DNA of 64,000 bases from Somniosus microcephalus (lineage: Eukaryota). The notes under the pieces are model-generated. The model made no database searches. It was not told where the DNA came from and saw only the letters and a list, made by a program, of their open reading frames with translations. The stretch spans positions 70,122,001 to 70,186,000 of the forward strand of contig CM126215.1 of NCBI GenBank assembly GCA_052327205.1, given 5' to 3'. A program made the translations under genes and the position numbers. This document shows, piece after piece, positions 13,223-25,213 of this stretch; the first letter of the stretch is position 1, and every line of letters starts with the position of its first letter.

Positions 13223-13397
13223 CGCAGCTGTTTGCCCAGTGGCACTTAGTACGTCACCGACGTCTGACTGGCGCTTTCATTGCATCAGCTATTGGATCGG
13301 TTGAGCAATAAAACTCAGCTCCGAGGGGAAACGATCACTTTCAACACTTGCGGCAGGCACTGGTTGGGTGCAGACCAGTACACGATCCGAATCAAAA
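13223..13397 (+). promoter_or_regulatory. Putative OTC proximal promoter and 5' UTR
   Basis: TGTTTGC (FoxA-like, 13229), TACGTCA (CRE-like, ~13250), ATTGCATCA (AARE, 13279-13287), ATTGG (13291), GTTGAGCAAT (C/EBP-like, 13300-13309), overlapping A-rich TATA-like element, all just upstream of the OTC ATG. Confidence 0.6.
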
Positions 13398-13474
13398 ATG
13401 ATGATCTTTACTTTAAGGAACCTTCTGGGGCGCTCGGTTTCACTGAGCAACAAGTGCCCCGTGCGCCCATTCCG
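13398..13474 (+). CDS. OTC: OTC coding exon 1, mitochondrial leader MMIFTLRNLLGRSVSLSNKCPVRPF(R)
   Basis: 77 nt like human exon 1 (MLFNLRILL..VRNFR); Arg-rich with no acidic residues; phase-2 donor CG|GTGAGT matches the exon 2 phase. Confidence 0.9.
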
Positions 13475-14118
13475 GTGAGTTTTACTTTAATCCATGTGAT
13501 TTATGTGAAGAGAGAATTAACCCAAGAACATGGATATTCGGGGGCGGGGGTCGTGGCTGAACTCGCTTCTTACTCTCTTATTACACCACTCCAGTTTAGG
13601 TGCTTTATCTGTACGGGGTCCCTTTAATAAAGTATTTTGTCCAGCTTATTAAGTTTGAGATTTTTCTATCGCGATGATTGTAACAATCTGCACCATAGGC
13701 ATTGGATCCGAGCTGCAGGGTTTCACCAGTGTGCGAGATCAGCAACACCACAGTCTTTGGGCTTTTTAAAGGAATCTGGACGGCGCAGGACAACAGCCAG
13801 GCGGTATCCAGTTACAAGTCTCTATCCTTGTTTCGTTAAAAGTGTCACAGCTTTCAAATTAAACCTTAAAATATAATTACATTGTAAGCGAAAATGTATT
13901 AAAGGGTCATAGTCTGTTTAAAAAGCGTACGAGAAATCTTATTTATTGGCCCAAAAAACACACAGCTTTGAATTGCTTGTAGAAATGCTATGGTGCACCT
14001 TGGGCCAGAAATTCCAGAACGGGGCTTGCAGCGCGTGCAAGCCCCGTATTTGCACTTACCCCGCGCTCCTGCCAATCAGCTCCAGGGACGCCTGCACTTC
14101 CAGAAACTGAAACAAGAA

Positions 14119-17095
14119 ATAACAACAGAAAATGCTGGAAAAACTCAGCAAGTCAGGCAACATCCGTGGAGAGAAATTTGAGTTGACGTTTCGGGTTTGA
14201 CCCTTCTTCAAAACTGGAGAGAAAAGGAACTAGATCGAAGGCAGGGCTGCGATCGGACAAAAGAATAAAAGAACCAAAAGAAGTAAAAGAGATTAGAAGC
14301 TAGACGAGATGGTAATAGGCTGTGATTAGGTGTAAAGTGTACTGGCAGGGCAAAAGATAGCTGCCAGGTGTGAGAGAGAAACAAAAGGAAAGGGGGGGGG
14401 GAAAGGAGTGGAAAAATATAAGTGAAACTGAAATGGGGGCCGAGCTTATGATCTGAAATTGTTGAACTCGATATTGAGACCGGAAGGCTGCAGACTGCCT
14501 AATCGGAAGATGAGGTGCTGTTCCTCGAGTTTACGTTGAGCTTCCGTGGAACAGTACAAGAGGCCAAGGACGGTGAGGTCCGAGTGGGAATGGAGCGGTG
14601 AATTGAAATGACAGGCGACCGGAAGCTCGGGGTCACCCTTACGGACTGAACGGAGGTGTTCCGCAAAGCGGTCACCCAATCTGCGTTTGGTCTCCCCAAT
14701 GTAGAGGAGACCGCATCGTGAGCAGCGAATACAGTATACTAGATTGCGAGAAGTACAAGTAAATCGCTGTTTCACCTGGAAGGGGTGTTTGGGGCCCTGG
14801 ACAGTGGGGAGGGGGGAGGTATAGGGGCAGGTGTTACATCTCCTCCGCTTGCACGGGAAGGTGCCAGGCGAAGGGGAAGGGCTGTTTGGGGTGATAGAGG
14901 AGTGGACTAGGGTGTCTCGGAGAGAGCGGTCCCTGCGGAATGCTGAAAGGGGAGGGGAGGGGAAGATACGTTTGGTGGTGGGATCACTTTGGAGGTAGCG
15001 GAAATGCCGGAGGATGATCCGTTGAATGTGGAGGCTGGTGGGGTGAAAGGTGAGGACAAGGGGAACCCTATCGTGGTTCCGGGAGGGAGGGGCAGGGGTG
15101 AGGGCAGAGGTGCGGGAGATAGAACTGACACGGTCGAGGGCAGTGTCAACCACGGTAGAGGGGAATCCTCGGTTGCGGAAAAAGGAGGACATGTCTGAAG
15201 CACTGGTGTGGAAGGTGGCATCGTCGGAGCAGATACGGCGGAGGCGGAGAAACTGGGAGAATGGAATAGAGTCCTTACAGGAAGCGGGGTGGGAGGAAGT
15301 GTAGTCCAGGTAGCTGTGGGAGTCAGTGGGCTTGTAGTAAATATTGGTCGCTAACCTATCCCCAGAGATGGAGACGGAGAAGTCGAGGAAGGGAAGGGAA
15401 GAGTCAGAGATGGACCATGTGAAGGTGAGGGAAGGGTGGAAATTGGAGGCAAAGTGAATGAAATTGTCAAGTTCGGGGCGAGAGCAGGAAACGGCACCGA
15501 TACAGTCATCAATGTATCGGAAAAAGAGGTGAGGGAGGGGACCCGAGTAGGACTGGAACAAAGATTGTTCCACATAGCCCACGAAAAGGCAGGCATAGCT
15601 AGGACCCATGCGGGTACCCATGGCAACACCTTTGATTTGGAGGAAATGAGTGGAGTTAAAGGAGAAGTTGTTCAATGTGAGAACCAGTTCAGCCAGGCGG
15701 AGGAGGGTCGTGGTGGATGGGGACTGGTCGGGCCTCTGTTCGAGGAAGAAGCGGAGTGCCCTCAGGCCATCCGGGTGGGGGATGGAGGTGTAGAGGGATT
15801 GTACGTCCATGGTGAAAAGGAGGCGGTTGGGGCCAGGAAACTGGAAACTGTTAAAGTGGCGGAGGGCGTCCGAAGAGTCGCGGATGTAGGTGGGAAGAGA
15901 CTGGACAAGGGGAGAAAAGATAGAGTTTCTCCGCCTCCGCCGTATCTGCTCCGACGATGCCACCTTCCACACCAGTGCTTCAGACATGTCCTCCTTTTTC
16001 CGCAACCGAGGATTCCCCTCTACCGTGGTTGACACTGCCCTCGACCGTGTCAGTTCTATCTCCCGCACCTCTGCCCTCACCCCTGCCCCTCCCTCCCGGA
16101 ACCACGATAGGGTTCCCCTTGTCCTCACCTTTCACCCCACCAGCCTCCACATTCAACGGATCATCCTCCGGCATTTCCGCTACCTCCAAAGTGATCCCAC
16201 CACCAAACGTATCTTCCCCTCCCCTCCCCTTTCAGCATTCCGCAGGGACCGCTCTCTCCGAGACACCCTAGTCCACTCCTCTATCACCCCAAACAGCCCT
16301 TCCCCTTCGCCTGGCACCTTCCCGTGCAAGCGGAGGAGATGTAACACCTGCCCCTATACCTCCCCCCTCCCCACTGTCCAGGGCCCCAAACACCCCTTCC
16401 AGGTGAAACAGCGATTTACTTGTACTTCTCGCAATCTAGTATACTGTATTCGCTGCTCACGATGCGGTCTCCTCTACATTGGGGAGACCAAACGCAGATT
16501 GGGTGACCGCTTTGCGGAACACCTCCGTTCAGTCCGTAAGGGTGACCCCGAGCTTCCGGTCGCCTGTCATTTCAATTCACCGCTCCATTCCCACTCGGAC
16601 CTCACCGTCCTTGGCCTCTTGTACTGTTCCACGGAAGCTCAACGTAAACTCGAGGAACAGCACCTCATCTTCCGATTAGGCAGTCTGCAGCCTTCCGGTC
16701 TCAATATCGAGTTCAACAATTTCAGATCATAAGCTCGGCCCCCATTTCAGTTTCACTTATATTTTTCCACTCCTTTTCCCCCCCCCCTTTCCTTTTGTTT
16801 CTCTCTCACACCTGGCAGCTATCTTTTGCCCTGCCAGTACACTTTACACCTAATCACAGCCTATTACCATCTCGTCTAGCTTCTAATCTCTTTTACTTCT
16901 TTTGGTTCTTTTATTCTTTTGTCCGATCGCAGCCCTGCCTTCGATCTAGTTCCTTTTCTCTCCAGTTTTGAAGAAGGGTCAAACCCGAAACGTCAACTCA
17001 AATTTCTCTCCACGGATGTTGCCTGACTTGCTGAGTTTTTCCAGCATTTTCTGTTGTTATTTCGGATTTCCAACATCTGCAGTATTTTGCTATCG
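14119..17095. mobile_element. Neptune-type Penelope-like element in inverted (head-to-head) configuration, 14-bp TSD
   Basis: Minus arm 14119-15926 (RT GVAMG/YIDD, CxxC linker, GIY-YIG YIGET); plus arm 15924-17095 is the reverse complement of 14119-15254 plus a ~35-nt tail; AGT microhomology at the junction; TSD AACTGAAACAAGAA (14105-14118 / 17096-17109). Confidence 0.93.
16964..16998 (+). ncRNA. Minimal type I hammerhead ribozyme (U3 variant) in the PLE 3' region
   Basis: AGTT-TTGAAGA-A-GGGT CAA ACCC-GAAA-CG-TC-AACT: stem I AGTT/AACT, stem II GGGT/ACCC, palindromic stem III, GUC site; reverse copies at 14181-14215 and 40500-40534. Confidence 0.75.
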
Positions 17096-17442
17096 AACTG
17101 AAACAAGAATCCCGGGCAGCGTATGACGTCACGCCGCCCAGGAGTGCAGCCAGCGCGGACCCAGGAGCGTGCAGTGTAAGTGAGACACGCCCCTTGAGGT
17201 CTCAGTTTCACTGGACACGCCCCCAATGTTTCTGTCAAGCTGCTTTGCTTTTTTACATGCAAAGCAGCAGTTTAAATAGGTTTTTGGAAGTTTTTTCAAG
17301 ATTTTGGTAACTTTTATAAAAAAATTTAAATGTTTACATTATTTTGAGTAATCTGAAGTAGTTTTAAAGAGAATTAAAGCAATTTAAAGACTTTTAAAAG
17401 CCCTAAAAGAATTTTTTTAATTCCATTTATTTATTTAGCAAT

Positions 17443-18224
17443 GTCGTCGTCATACGTGTCTTCACACTGTTCCCTTTGGGGAACTGTATGAAGTGGTGGA
17501 AGGATTTATGGCCGTGATTAACGCTCATTCCGTGACCGTAACCATCTTTGAACCAGCCATTAGGGCGGTTAGTCCTATGGCGGGAGGGTTTTACGGGCTC
17601 CCACAAGCTATACAAGGAGGGGGGGCCACCCACACCCACGGACGCAAATATCCCACTGGATGTCAACCCAGAATTTAGAGCCGGAGCTCCGACTCCACTT
17701 GCCGGGACTGTCTGGAGCGGGGTTCGAAACCCTACCCTGATCTGGCCCAGCGGCGGGGATCCTACCGCTATGACAAACGCCCAATCCGATTAGCAACGTG
17801 AAATGGCAGCATAGGGCTCCAGTCACGGGGAGGGAAAAGGCGCAGGAAACGTATGGGTGTCACCTTTTGTGCGGAGTGTGCCTTTTGCGTAGCAGTAAGC
17901 ATCCCCTCCGCTGGGCCAGAAGGAGTGGGGTTTTGAACCCCACTCCAGACAGTCCCGGCAAGTGGAGTCGGAGCTCCAACTTTAAATTCTGGGTGGACAT
18001 CCAGCGGGATACTTGCGTCCGTGGGTGTTGGTGGCCCCCCCCCCCCCCCCCTCAGATGGGTTGTGGGAGCCCGTAAAACCCTCCCGCCATAGGACTAACC
18101 ACCCTAATGGCTGGTTCAAAGATGGTTACGGTCACGGAATGAGCGTTAATCACGGCTATAAATCCTTCCACCACTTCATACAGTTCCCCAAAGGGAACAG
18201 TGTGAGGATACGTCCGATGATGAC
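17443..18224. repeat. Foldback element: ~345-bp inverted arms, ~80-bp spacer
   Basis: TCACACTGTTCCCTTTGGGGAACTGTATG.. at 17462 mirrored by ..CATACAGTTCCCCAAAGGGAACAGTGTGA at ~18205; outer ~145 bp almost perfect. Confidence 0.9.
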
Positions 18225-19648
18225 CTCTTGCGCAATGCACCTCCTTGGACCCTCAGTCGCAGATGCGAGGGGGCAAGTCGTGCAAGTGTTAAATTTTTTA
18301 TTTTATTGACATGTAAAATGTTGGCCCAATAATTCCCTTCCAAATGCGCTAGTACGGTCGGGGTACTTACGCATCTGGCCGGATGAAATGCCGGTTTTCA
18401 GCATGCACAGTGCATGTGGGGAAAACCGGCATTTCCTGTCCTCTGAACGAAGGGGTTCAGAGGCAGAACGCGTGCGACTGCACATGCAGCGCGTGCGCAG
18501 TATAATTCGCCGCTTTCATTAATGCTTTCAGTGAGGTCCAGTCATTACAACTTACACATGAAAAAAGCATGGGTACAGAGGCTGCGGAGGAAGATATTTC
18601 TTATCATGGAGCTTCTGAAAGTATGTATGTCTGTATATATTCCTTTGCGTGTTATGTATATATTCCTTTACTTATGTGTATGAATGTATTATTTAATTAT
18701 GACTTTCACAGAAAGTAACTTATTGGAAAATCATAATTAAAAACATACATTCATAGTAAAGGAATATAAAACATACATACATATACGTAAAGGAATATAT
18801 GTGGACATACATACATAACTCATTCTCACATTCCATTCACACAGCCACAATTGCTCCTTCTACCTACCGTTCTGAAAATCCTTTAAAAAAAAATTTTACT
18901 TTAAAACTTTCTTAAAATAACTTCCCTCCCTTTCCCAAACAAAAATATTGCATTTCAAAAGCTCCACGATAAAATATATCTTCCTCCGCAGCCAATGAAC
19001 CACTTTACACTTGCTTTTTTTCAGTGTAAGTTCTGAGGACTTACCCTCACGGATTTCATGAATGAAATCCACGAAGTTCACTGCGCAAGCGCTGCCTGTG
19101 CAGTCGCACGCGCTCGAGGTCTGGAAATGCCGGCGTTCCCCGCATGCGCTGTTCCTGCTGAACGCCGGCATTTCCAACGGCCAGAAGCGTGAGTACCCCG
19201 AGCGCACTCACGCTTCTGGCCTGGAATTTCTGGCCCAAGTGTGACAACCATCACAAATGACCATTGTTCACTTTCCCACCGTGAAGACACTTTGGGAGGG
19301 AAATTAGTCTTCGGCGAAGTGCGAAACGGGCGATAGCGAATTGGCAGCCTGTTTTACACCGTGCCCGATTTTCTTTTCCATTTTTGCCTGTTTCACACTT
19401 GCAGAAGACCAATTTCATCCCTGTATCATATAACCCCCACCCAAGGGGAACTGCGTGGGTTACATACTGATTGAAGTTTGCTCTGTCTGCTGGCTTTGGT
19501 AAAACCAGCGCAAACTAGCAGAAACCCTAGGGCTTAGTTTATTTGTCTGACATTGGGCAAACCAGCGTAAAAGATCGAGGAATTTTAAGTGCAAGTTACA
19601 TTGATGGTAAATCGAGTTTCCGCGATCTTTAACGCTGGTTTATAAAAT

Positions 19649-22600
19649 GGCCCCGAAATTCGGGTCGGGGGCTTCCCGCTTGCGCGCCGGCCGTTGAGTT
19701 GTGGGCCCCCGTGGAATTGCGATCCTGGGCCTCCTCCAACTGCCGGTGTGCAGTGCTTGCGTATCCCAGGGGCGCAGTTAGTTCGATGCGTCCCCTGGGA
19801 TCACGTGGACCATGGAGAGCCAATGATAGCAGGGAATGCTTCATTCATAAGTTTGACAGGAAGATCTGTCAAACCTATAAATACTGGCCCAGTAATTCCT
19901 GTCACAATGCGTGAGTACGAACGGGGTACTCACGCATGTGCCCGGAGGAATTGCCGGTTTTCAGCATGCACAGCGCATGCGCTGAAAACCGGCATTTCCT
20001 GTCCTCTGACCCAAGGGTTTAAGAGGCAGAACGCGCGCGACTGCACAGGCAGCGCGTGCGCAGTGAAATTCCTTTTTTTTTTTCCAGAGTTGCCCGAGTG
20101 TAAAGGCCTCTGGTTTTTACGCGTGGAAAAACCAGACGTAAGTACTTAGTTTTACAGGTACGTGGTCTTTTAGTACAATTTAGAATTTTTTTTCCCACAA
20201 GTTTATTATTTTTAAAGAATTTACAGTAAGGTAAGTATAGTTTTAGACCCTATTTTTTAAAAATTTATTTTTTTCAAAAATTTGATTAATTGTTTAAAAT
20301 ATTTTTTTAAACTTATTTACATAAGAACATAAGAAATAGGAGCAGGAGTAGGCCAATTGGCCCCTCGAGCCTGCTCCGCCATTCAATAAGATCATGGCTG
20401 ATCTGATCCTAACTGCCAATCCACTATCACAGAACCATCTCCTGAATCTAACAGAATTAGACACACGAAATAGGAGCAGGATCAGGCTACACGGCCCCTG
20501 GGCCCGCTCCGCTACCCACAGGGCCATGACCATTCCGAACCTAGACTCATGTCCAAATTCCTGCCCGCTCCCCGTAACCCTTAATTCCCTTTACTTCTAG
20601 GAAACTCTATTTCTGTTTTTAATTTATGTAATGATGTAGCTTCTACAGCTTTTTGGGGCAGCATATTCCATGGACCTACCACCCTCTGAGTGAAGTAGTT
20701 CCTCCTCATCTCAGTTTTGAAAGAGCAGCCCCTTATTCTAAGACTATGCCCCCTAGTTCTAGTTTCACCCATCATCGGGAACATCCTCCCCGCATCCACC
20801 CGATCCAACCCCTTCACAATCTTATATGTTTCAATAAGATCGCCTCTCATTCTTCTGAACTCCAATGAGTAGAGTCCCAATCTACTCAACCTCTCCTCAT
20901 ATGTCCATCTCCTCATATGTCCATCCCCTCATCCCCGGGATTAACCGAGTGAACCTTCTTTGTATGACTCGAGAGCAAGTATGTCTTTTCTTAAGTATGG
21001 ACACCAAAACTGTACGCAGTATTCCAGGTGCGGTCTCACCAATACCTTGTACAACTGAAGCAATACCTCCCTATTTTTATATTCTATCCTCCTAGCAATG
21101 AAAGCCAACATTCCATTGGCCTTCTTGATCACTTGCTGCACCTGCATACTAACCTTTTGAGTTTCGTGCACCAGGACCCCCAGATCCCTTTGCACTTCAG
21201 TACTTTCCAGTTTCTTGCCATTAAGATAATAACTTGCTCTACGATTTTTCCTGCCAAAGTGCATAACCTCACACTTTCCAGTATTGTATTCCATCTGCCA
21301 AATCTCTGCCCACTTACTTAGCCTGTCTATGTCCCCTTGCAGGTTTTTTATGTCCTCCTCACTACTTTCCCTCCCATCTTAGTATCATCTGCAAACTTTG
21401 ATATGTTACACTCGGTCCCCTTCTCCAAATCGTTAATATAGATTGTAAAGAGTTGGGGACCCAGCACTGACCCCTGCGGAACACCACTAGTTACTGATTG
21501 CCAGTCTGAGAATGAACCATTTATCCCAACTCTCTGCCTTCTGTTAGATAGCCGATTGGCTATCCATGCCAGAATATTACCCCCCAATCCCGTGATTTTT
21601 TATCTTAAGCAATAATCTTTTGTGTGGCACCTTGTCAAATGCCTTTTGGAAGTCTAATTACACTACGTCCACTGGTTCCCCTTTATCCACCCTATATGTT
21701 ACTTCCTCAAGAACTCCAGCAAATTTGTCAAACATGACTTTCCCTTCATAAAACCATGCTGACTTTGTCCTATTAAATTATGATTATCCAAATGTCCTGT
21801 TACTGTCTCCTTAATAATGGACTCCAAAATTTTACCTACCACAGATGTTAGGCTAACCGGTCTATAGTTTCCAGCCTTCTGTCTACTGCCCTTTTTAAAT
21901 AAGGGTGTTACATTAGCAGTTTTCCAGTCTGCCGGGACCTTTGCCGAGTCCAGGGAGTTTTGGAAAATTATTACCAATGCATCCACAATCCCTACCGCCA
22001 CTTCCCTCAAGACCCTAGGATGTAAGCCATCAGGTCCAGGTGATTTATCCGCCTTGAGTCCCATTATTTTACTGAGTACCACTTCCTTAGTGATTTTGAT
22101 CGTGTTTAGCTCCTCCCCCCCCCCCCCCCCCCCCCCCTTTAGCCCCCTGTTTGTCCAGTGTTGGGATATTCTTAGTGTCTTCTATTGTAAAGACTGATAT
22201 AAAATATTCATTCAGTGCTTTTGCCATCTCCATATTTCCCACCATTAATTTCCTGGTCTCATCCTCTAAGGGACCAACATTTACTTTAGCCACCCTTTTT
22301 CTTTTTATATAACTATAACTTTTTATAGTTAATATAATCAGTGGGATGTTTTTTAAAATTTTATTTAAAGTTTAAGTAGTGTTTTGGCAGCCCATACTTT
22401 TCATGAGTTTGACAGTTCTTACTCTCAAACTCATGAATGAGTTTCCCCTCCCCTGATTGGCTGCACAGTGCTCACCTGATCCCAGCCGGCACATCGCACT
22501 AACTACGCCGCTGGATCAGGTAAGCACATCGCGCCGACATCTGAACCGGGCCAGTGACAGGAAATGCAAGCAGGCCCGGGCTTCAGATGTCGGCGCGCCG

Positions 22601-23139
22601 GGTGAGTACACATCGGGGGCTTGCACGCGCGGCAAGCTCCCGATCCTAATTTCAGGGCCATTATAAGCCCCAAAACATCACTAAAACCTCAAATAATTTT
22701 TTTTTTAAATCACATTTTTAAAATAAACTATAAATGACATGAAATAACTATTTTAAACAATTAAAATTTTTGAAAAAAATAATTACATTTTCTAACGGGG
22801 CTAAAAATAAACTTACCTTTCTTTAAAGTATTTAAAAATAATAAACCTGTGGAAAAAATGTTTTAATTAATTCACCACTTACCTTGTTAAAAGCAGGCCT
22901 TGCGACTGCTTTTTACATGTCTAAGTTCTGGAGACTTACCTTCCCGGAGAAACCTGGAAAAAAACCGTAAGTTCAATGCGCACGCGCTGCCTCTCCCGCG
23001 CACGCATTCCACCTTTCAGGGGAACGGAAGTGCCGGTTTCCCACGCATGCGCAGTGCATGCACGAAACCGGCACTTTCGTTGGGCCTACGCGTGAGTACC
23101 CCATGCGTACTCGCGCGTTGGGACCCGAATTTCTGGGCC
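19649..23139. mobile_element. GGCCC-TIR MITE containing a related MITE (19886-22659), which contains a CR1
   Basis: TIR GGCCC(C/A)GAAATTCGGGTC; GC-rich subterminal hairpins such as GCGTGAGTAC..GTACTCACGC; relative at 58698-59379. Confidence 0.65.
20319..22312 (-). mobile_element. CR1 LINE, 5'-truncated, decayed RT
   Basis: [27 protein letters not shown] in frameshifted ORFs; (ACATAAGA)n tail at 20319. Confidence 0.9.
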
Positions 23140-23846
23140 ATTGTGCTGGAAGTTGCCCCCCCCCCCCCCCACCCCACAAAACTGGGCTCGCCCCCAGATC
23201 AAAATACTGAGCATGCCGACTTTCCACTGATTGCGCCCGTTCAAGAAGGCTCTTCAAATTAAGCTTGGGGGGGGTTTTTTAGGTGCAAAGGCACTAGTTG
23301 GCACGTTTTAAGTTAAACTATATAATTTACTCAAACTGACTACTGTACAGCAATGAAACTATTAAATGGTTCAGTATAGTTTTTTAAAGTCATTTTCAGT
23401 GATTTAAAATCAGTTTACTTACAGGTGGTGGACTAGACACTCCTATTAAAAATTCTTTTTTTTGAAAACTCATTTTCAGCTGTATTAATAAAACTGCAAG
23501 AGGTTAGTACTCTTAAACACATCAATGAATATTTTTTAGTGCAAGGTGGATAAAATAAACAATGACGTTCTATTACGCCGCTCAATTGTGCTGGCTCATG
23601 GAAGATTCTATGTTTGTGATTATGCAAACCTGACCTTGAGTTCTTGGTGCTGTCACTGAAATGGGAAAATTCAGTTTTCCAGCATTAACATCCCTCCCCT
23701 TGATTTAAAAAAAATAAGAAAGTGACCTTCCATCATATCTTTATGTTGTTAAAACTGACAGCAGAATCCTAGATTTTCATTGGTCTATGACTGTGATTTT
23801 ATGAATGTAAATGCAGAGAGGTGGCACACAGACTGCTGATGTGAGG

Positions 23847-25213
23847 TTAACCGGTCTGTAGTTCCCCGTTTTCTCTCCGTCCTTTCATAAATAGCGGGGT
23901 TACATTTGCTATCCTCCAATCTGCAGAAACCATTCCAGAATCTATAGAATTTTGGAAGATGACAACCAATGCGTCCACTATCCCAATGGCCACCTCTTTC
24001 AAAACCCTAGGATGTAGGTCATCCAGTCCTTGGGATTTATTGACTTTTAGTCCCATTAATTTTGCTAGTACTGTTTTTTTACTAATAATAATTTCTTTAA
24101 GTTCCTCATTCTCGCCACACCCTTGGTTTTCTTGCATTTCTGGGAGTTTTTTTTGTGTCTTCCTCCGTGAAGACAGAAACAAAGTATTTATTTAATTTCT
24201 CTGCCATTTCCTCATTCCCCATTATAAATTCTCCCGTCTCTGACTGTAAAGGACCTACATTTACCTTCGCCAGTCTTTTCCTTTTCACATACCCATAGAA
24301 GCTTTTACAATCCATTTTTATATTTTTCACTAGTTTGTGCTCATATTCCATTTTCCCTTTCTTTATCAATTTCTTGGTACCCCTTTGCTGATTTCTAAAA
24401 GGATCCCAATCCTCGGGCTGACTGCTTTTTCTGGCAACTTTATAAGCTTCCTCCTTTGGCTTAATACTAGCTTTAATTTATTTTGTTAGCCATGGTTGGA
24501 TCACTTTTCTTTTTGGGTTTTTATGCCCTAGAGGAATATGTGTTTGTTGCAAATTATGCATTATTTCCTTGAGTGTTGGCCATTGTATGTCCACCTTCAT
24601 ACCTTTTTAGTGTAGTCTCCCAATCTACCATGGCCAACTTATCCCTCATACCCTTGTAGTTTCCTCTGTTTAGATTGAAGACCTTAGTTTCAAATTGGAC
24701 TACATCACTCTCAAACTTAATGTAAAATTCAATCATATTATGGTCACTTGTCCCTAAAGGCCCCTTTACCACAAGATTATTGATTAGTCCTTTCTCATTA
24801 CACAGTACCAGATCCAGAATAGCCTGTTCCCTGGTTGGTTCCTCCACATACTGATCCAGGAAATCATCTCGCATGCATTCCAAGAATTTGTCCTCCACAC
24901 CATTAGTGGTAATTTGATTTGCCCAGTCAATATGTAGATTAAAGTCTCCCATGATTACCGTATTAATCTTGTTACATGCACTTCTAATCTCTTGATTGAT
25001 ACTGTGCCCTACATTACCATTTTGGTGGCCTGTACACAACTCCCACCAATGTTTTCCGCCCTTTGCTGTTTCTTAGCTCCATCCAAACTGATTCCAGTTC
25101 TACATCACGACCTGATCCTTGTGGAGTTGAGAGAGAGATCAGCCATGATCTTATTGAATGGCGGAGCAGGCTCGAAGGCCTACTCCTGCTCCTATTTTTT
25201 ATGTTCTATGTTC
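23847..25213. mobile_element. CR1 fragment: minus-strand APE/RT piece (23847-25118) abutting a plus-strand CR1 3' end (25120-25213)
   Basis: GDFN..SDH motifs on minus; 3' UTR GATCAGCCATGATCTTATTGAATGGCGG..TTCTATG on plus. Confidence 0.8.

Larger units (their letters stand above)
14002..19236. mobile_element. GGGCC-TIR MITE (Harbinger-like) carrying nested insertions
   Basis: Perfect 16-bp TIR GGGCCAGAAATTCCAG at both ends; pairing is ambiguous because a related end at 18323 is also inverted to 18958-19236. Confidence 0.55.

Noticed and set aside
14446-16128. 560-aa ORF as a full Penelope protein with a novel N-terminus
   Set aside because: The first ~68 aa are the antisense read of the other inverted arm across the junction at 15924-15926; the same applies to the start of ORF 15890-16732.
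17619-17700. GGGGGCCAC start resembling the CPEB3 HDV-like ribozyme
   Set aside because: I could not build the nested double pseudoknot (P1-P4) from the downstream sequence.
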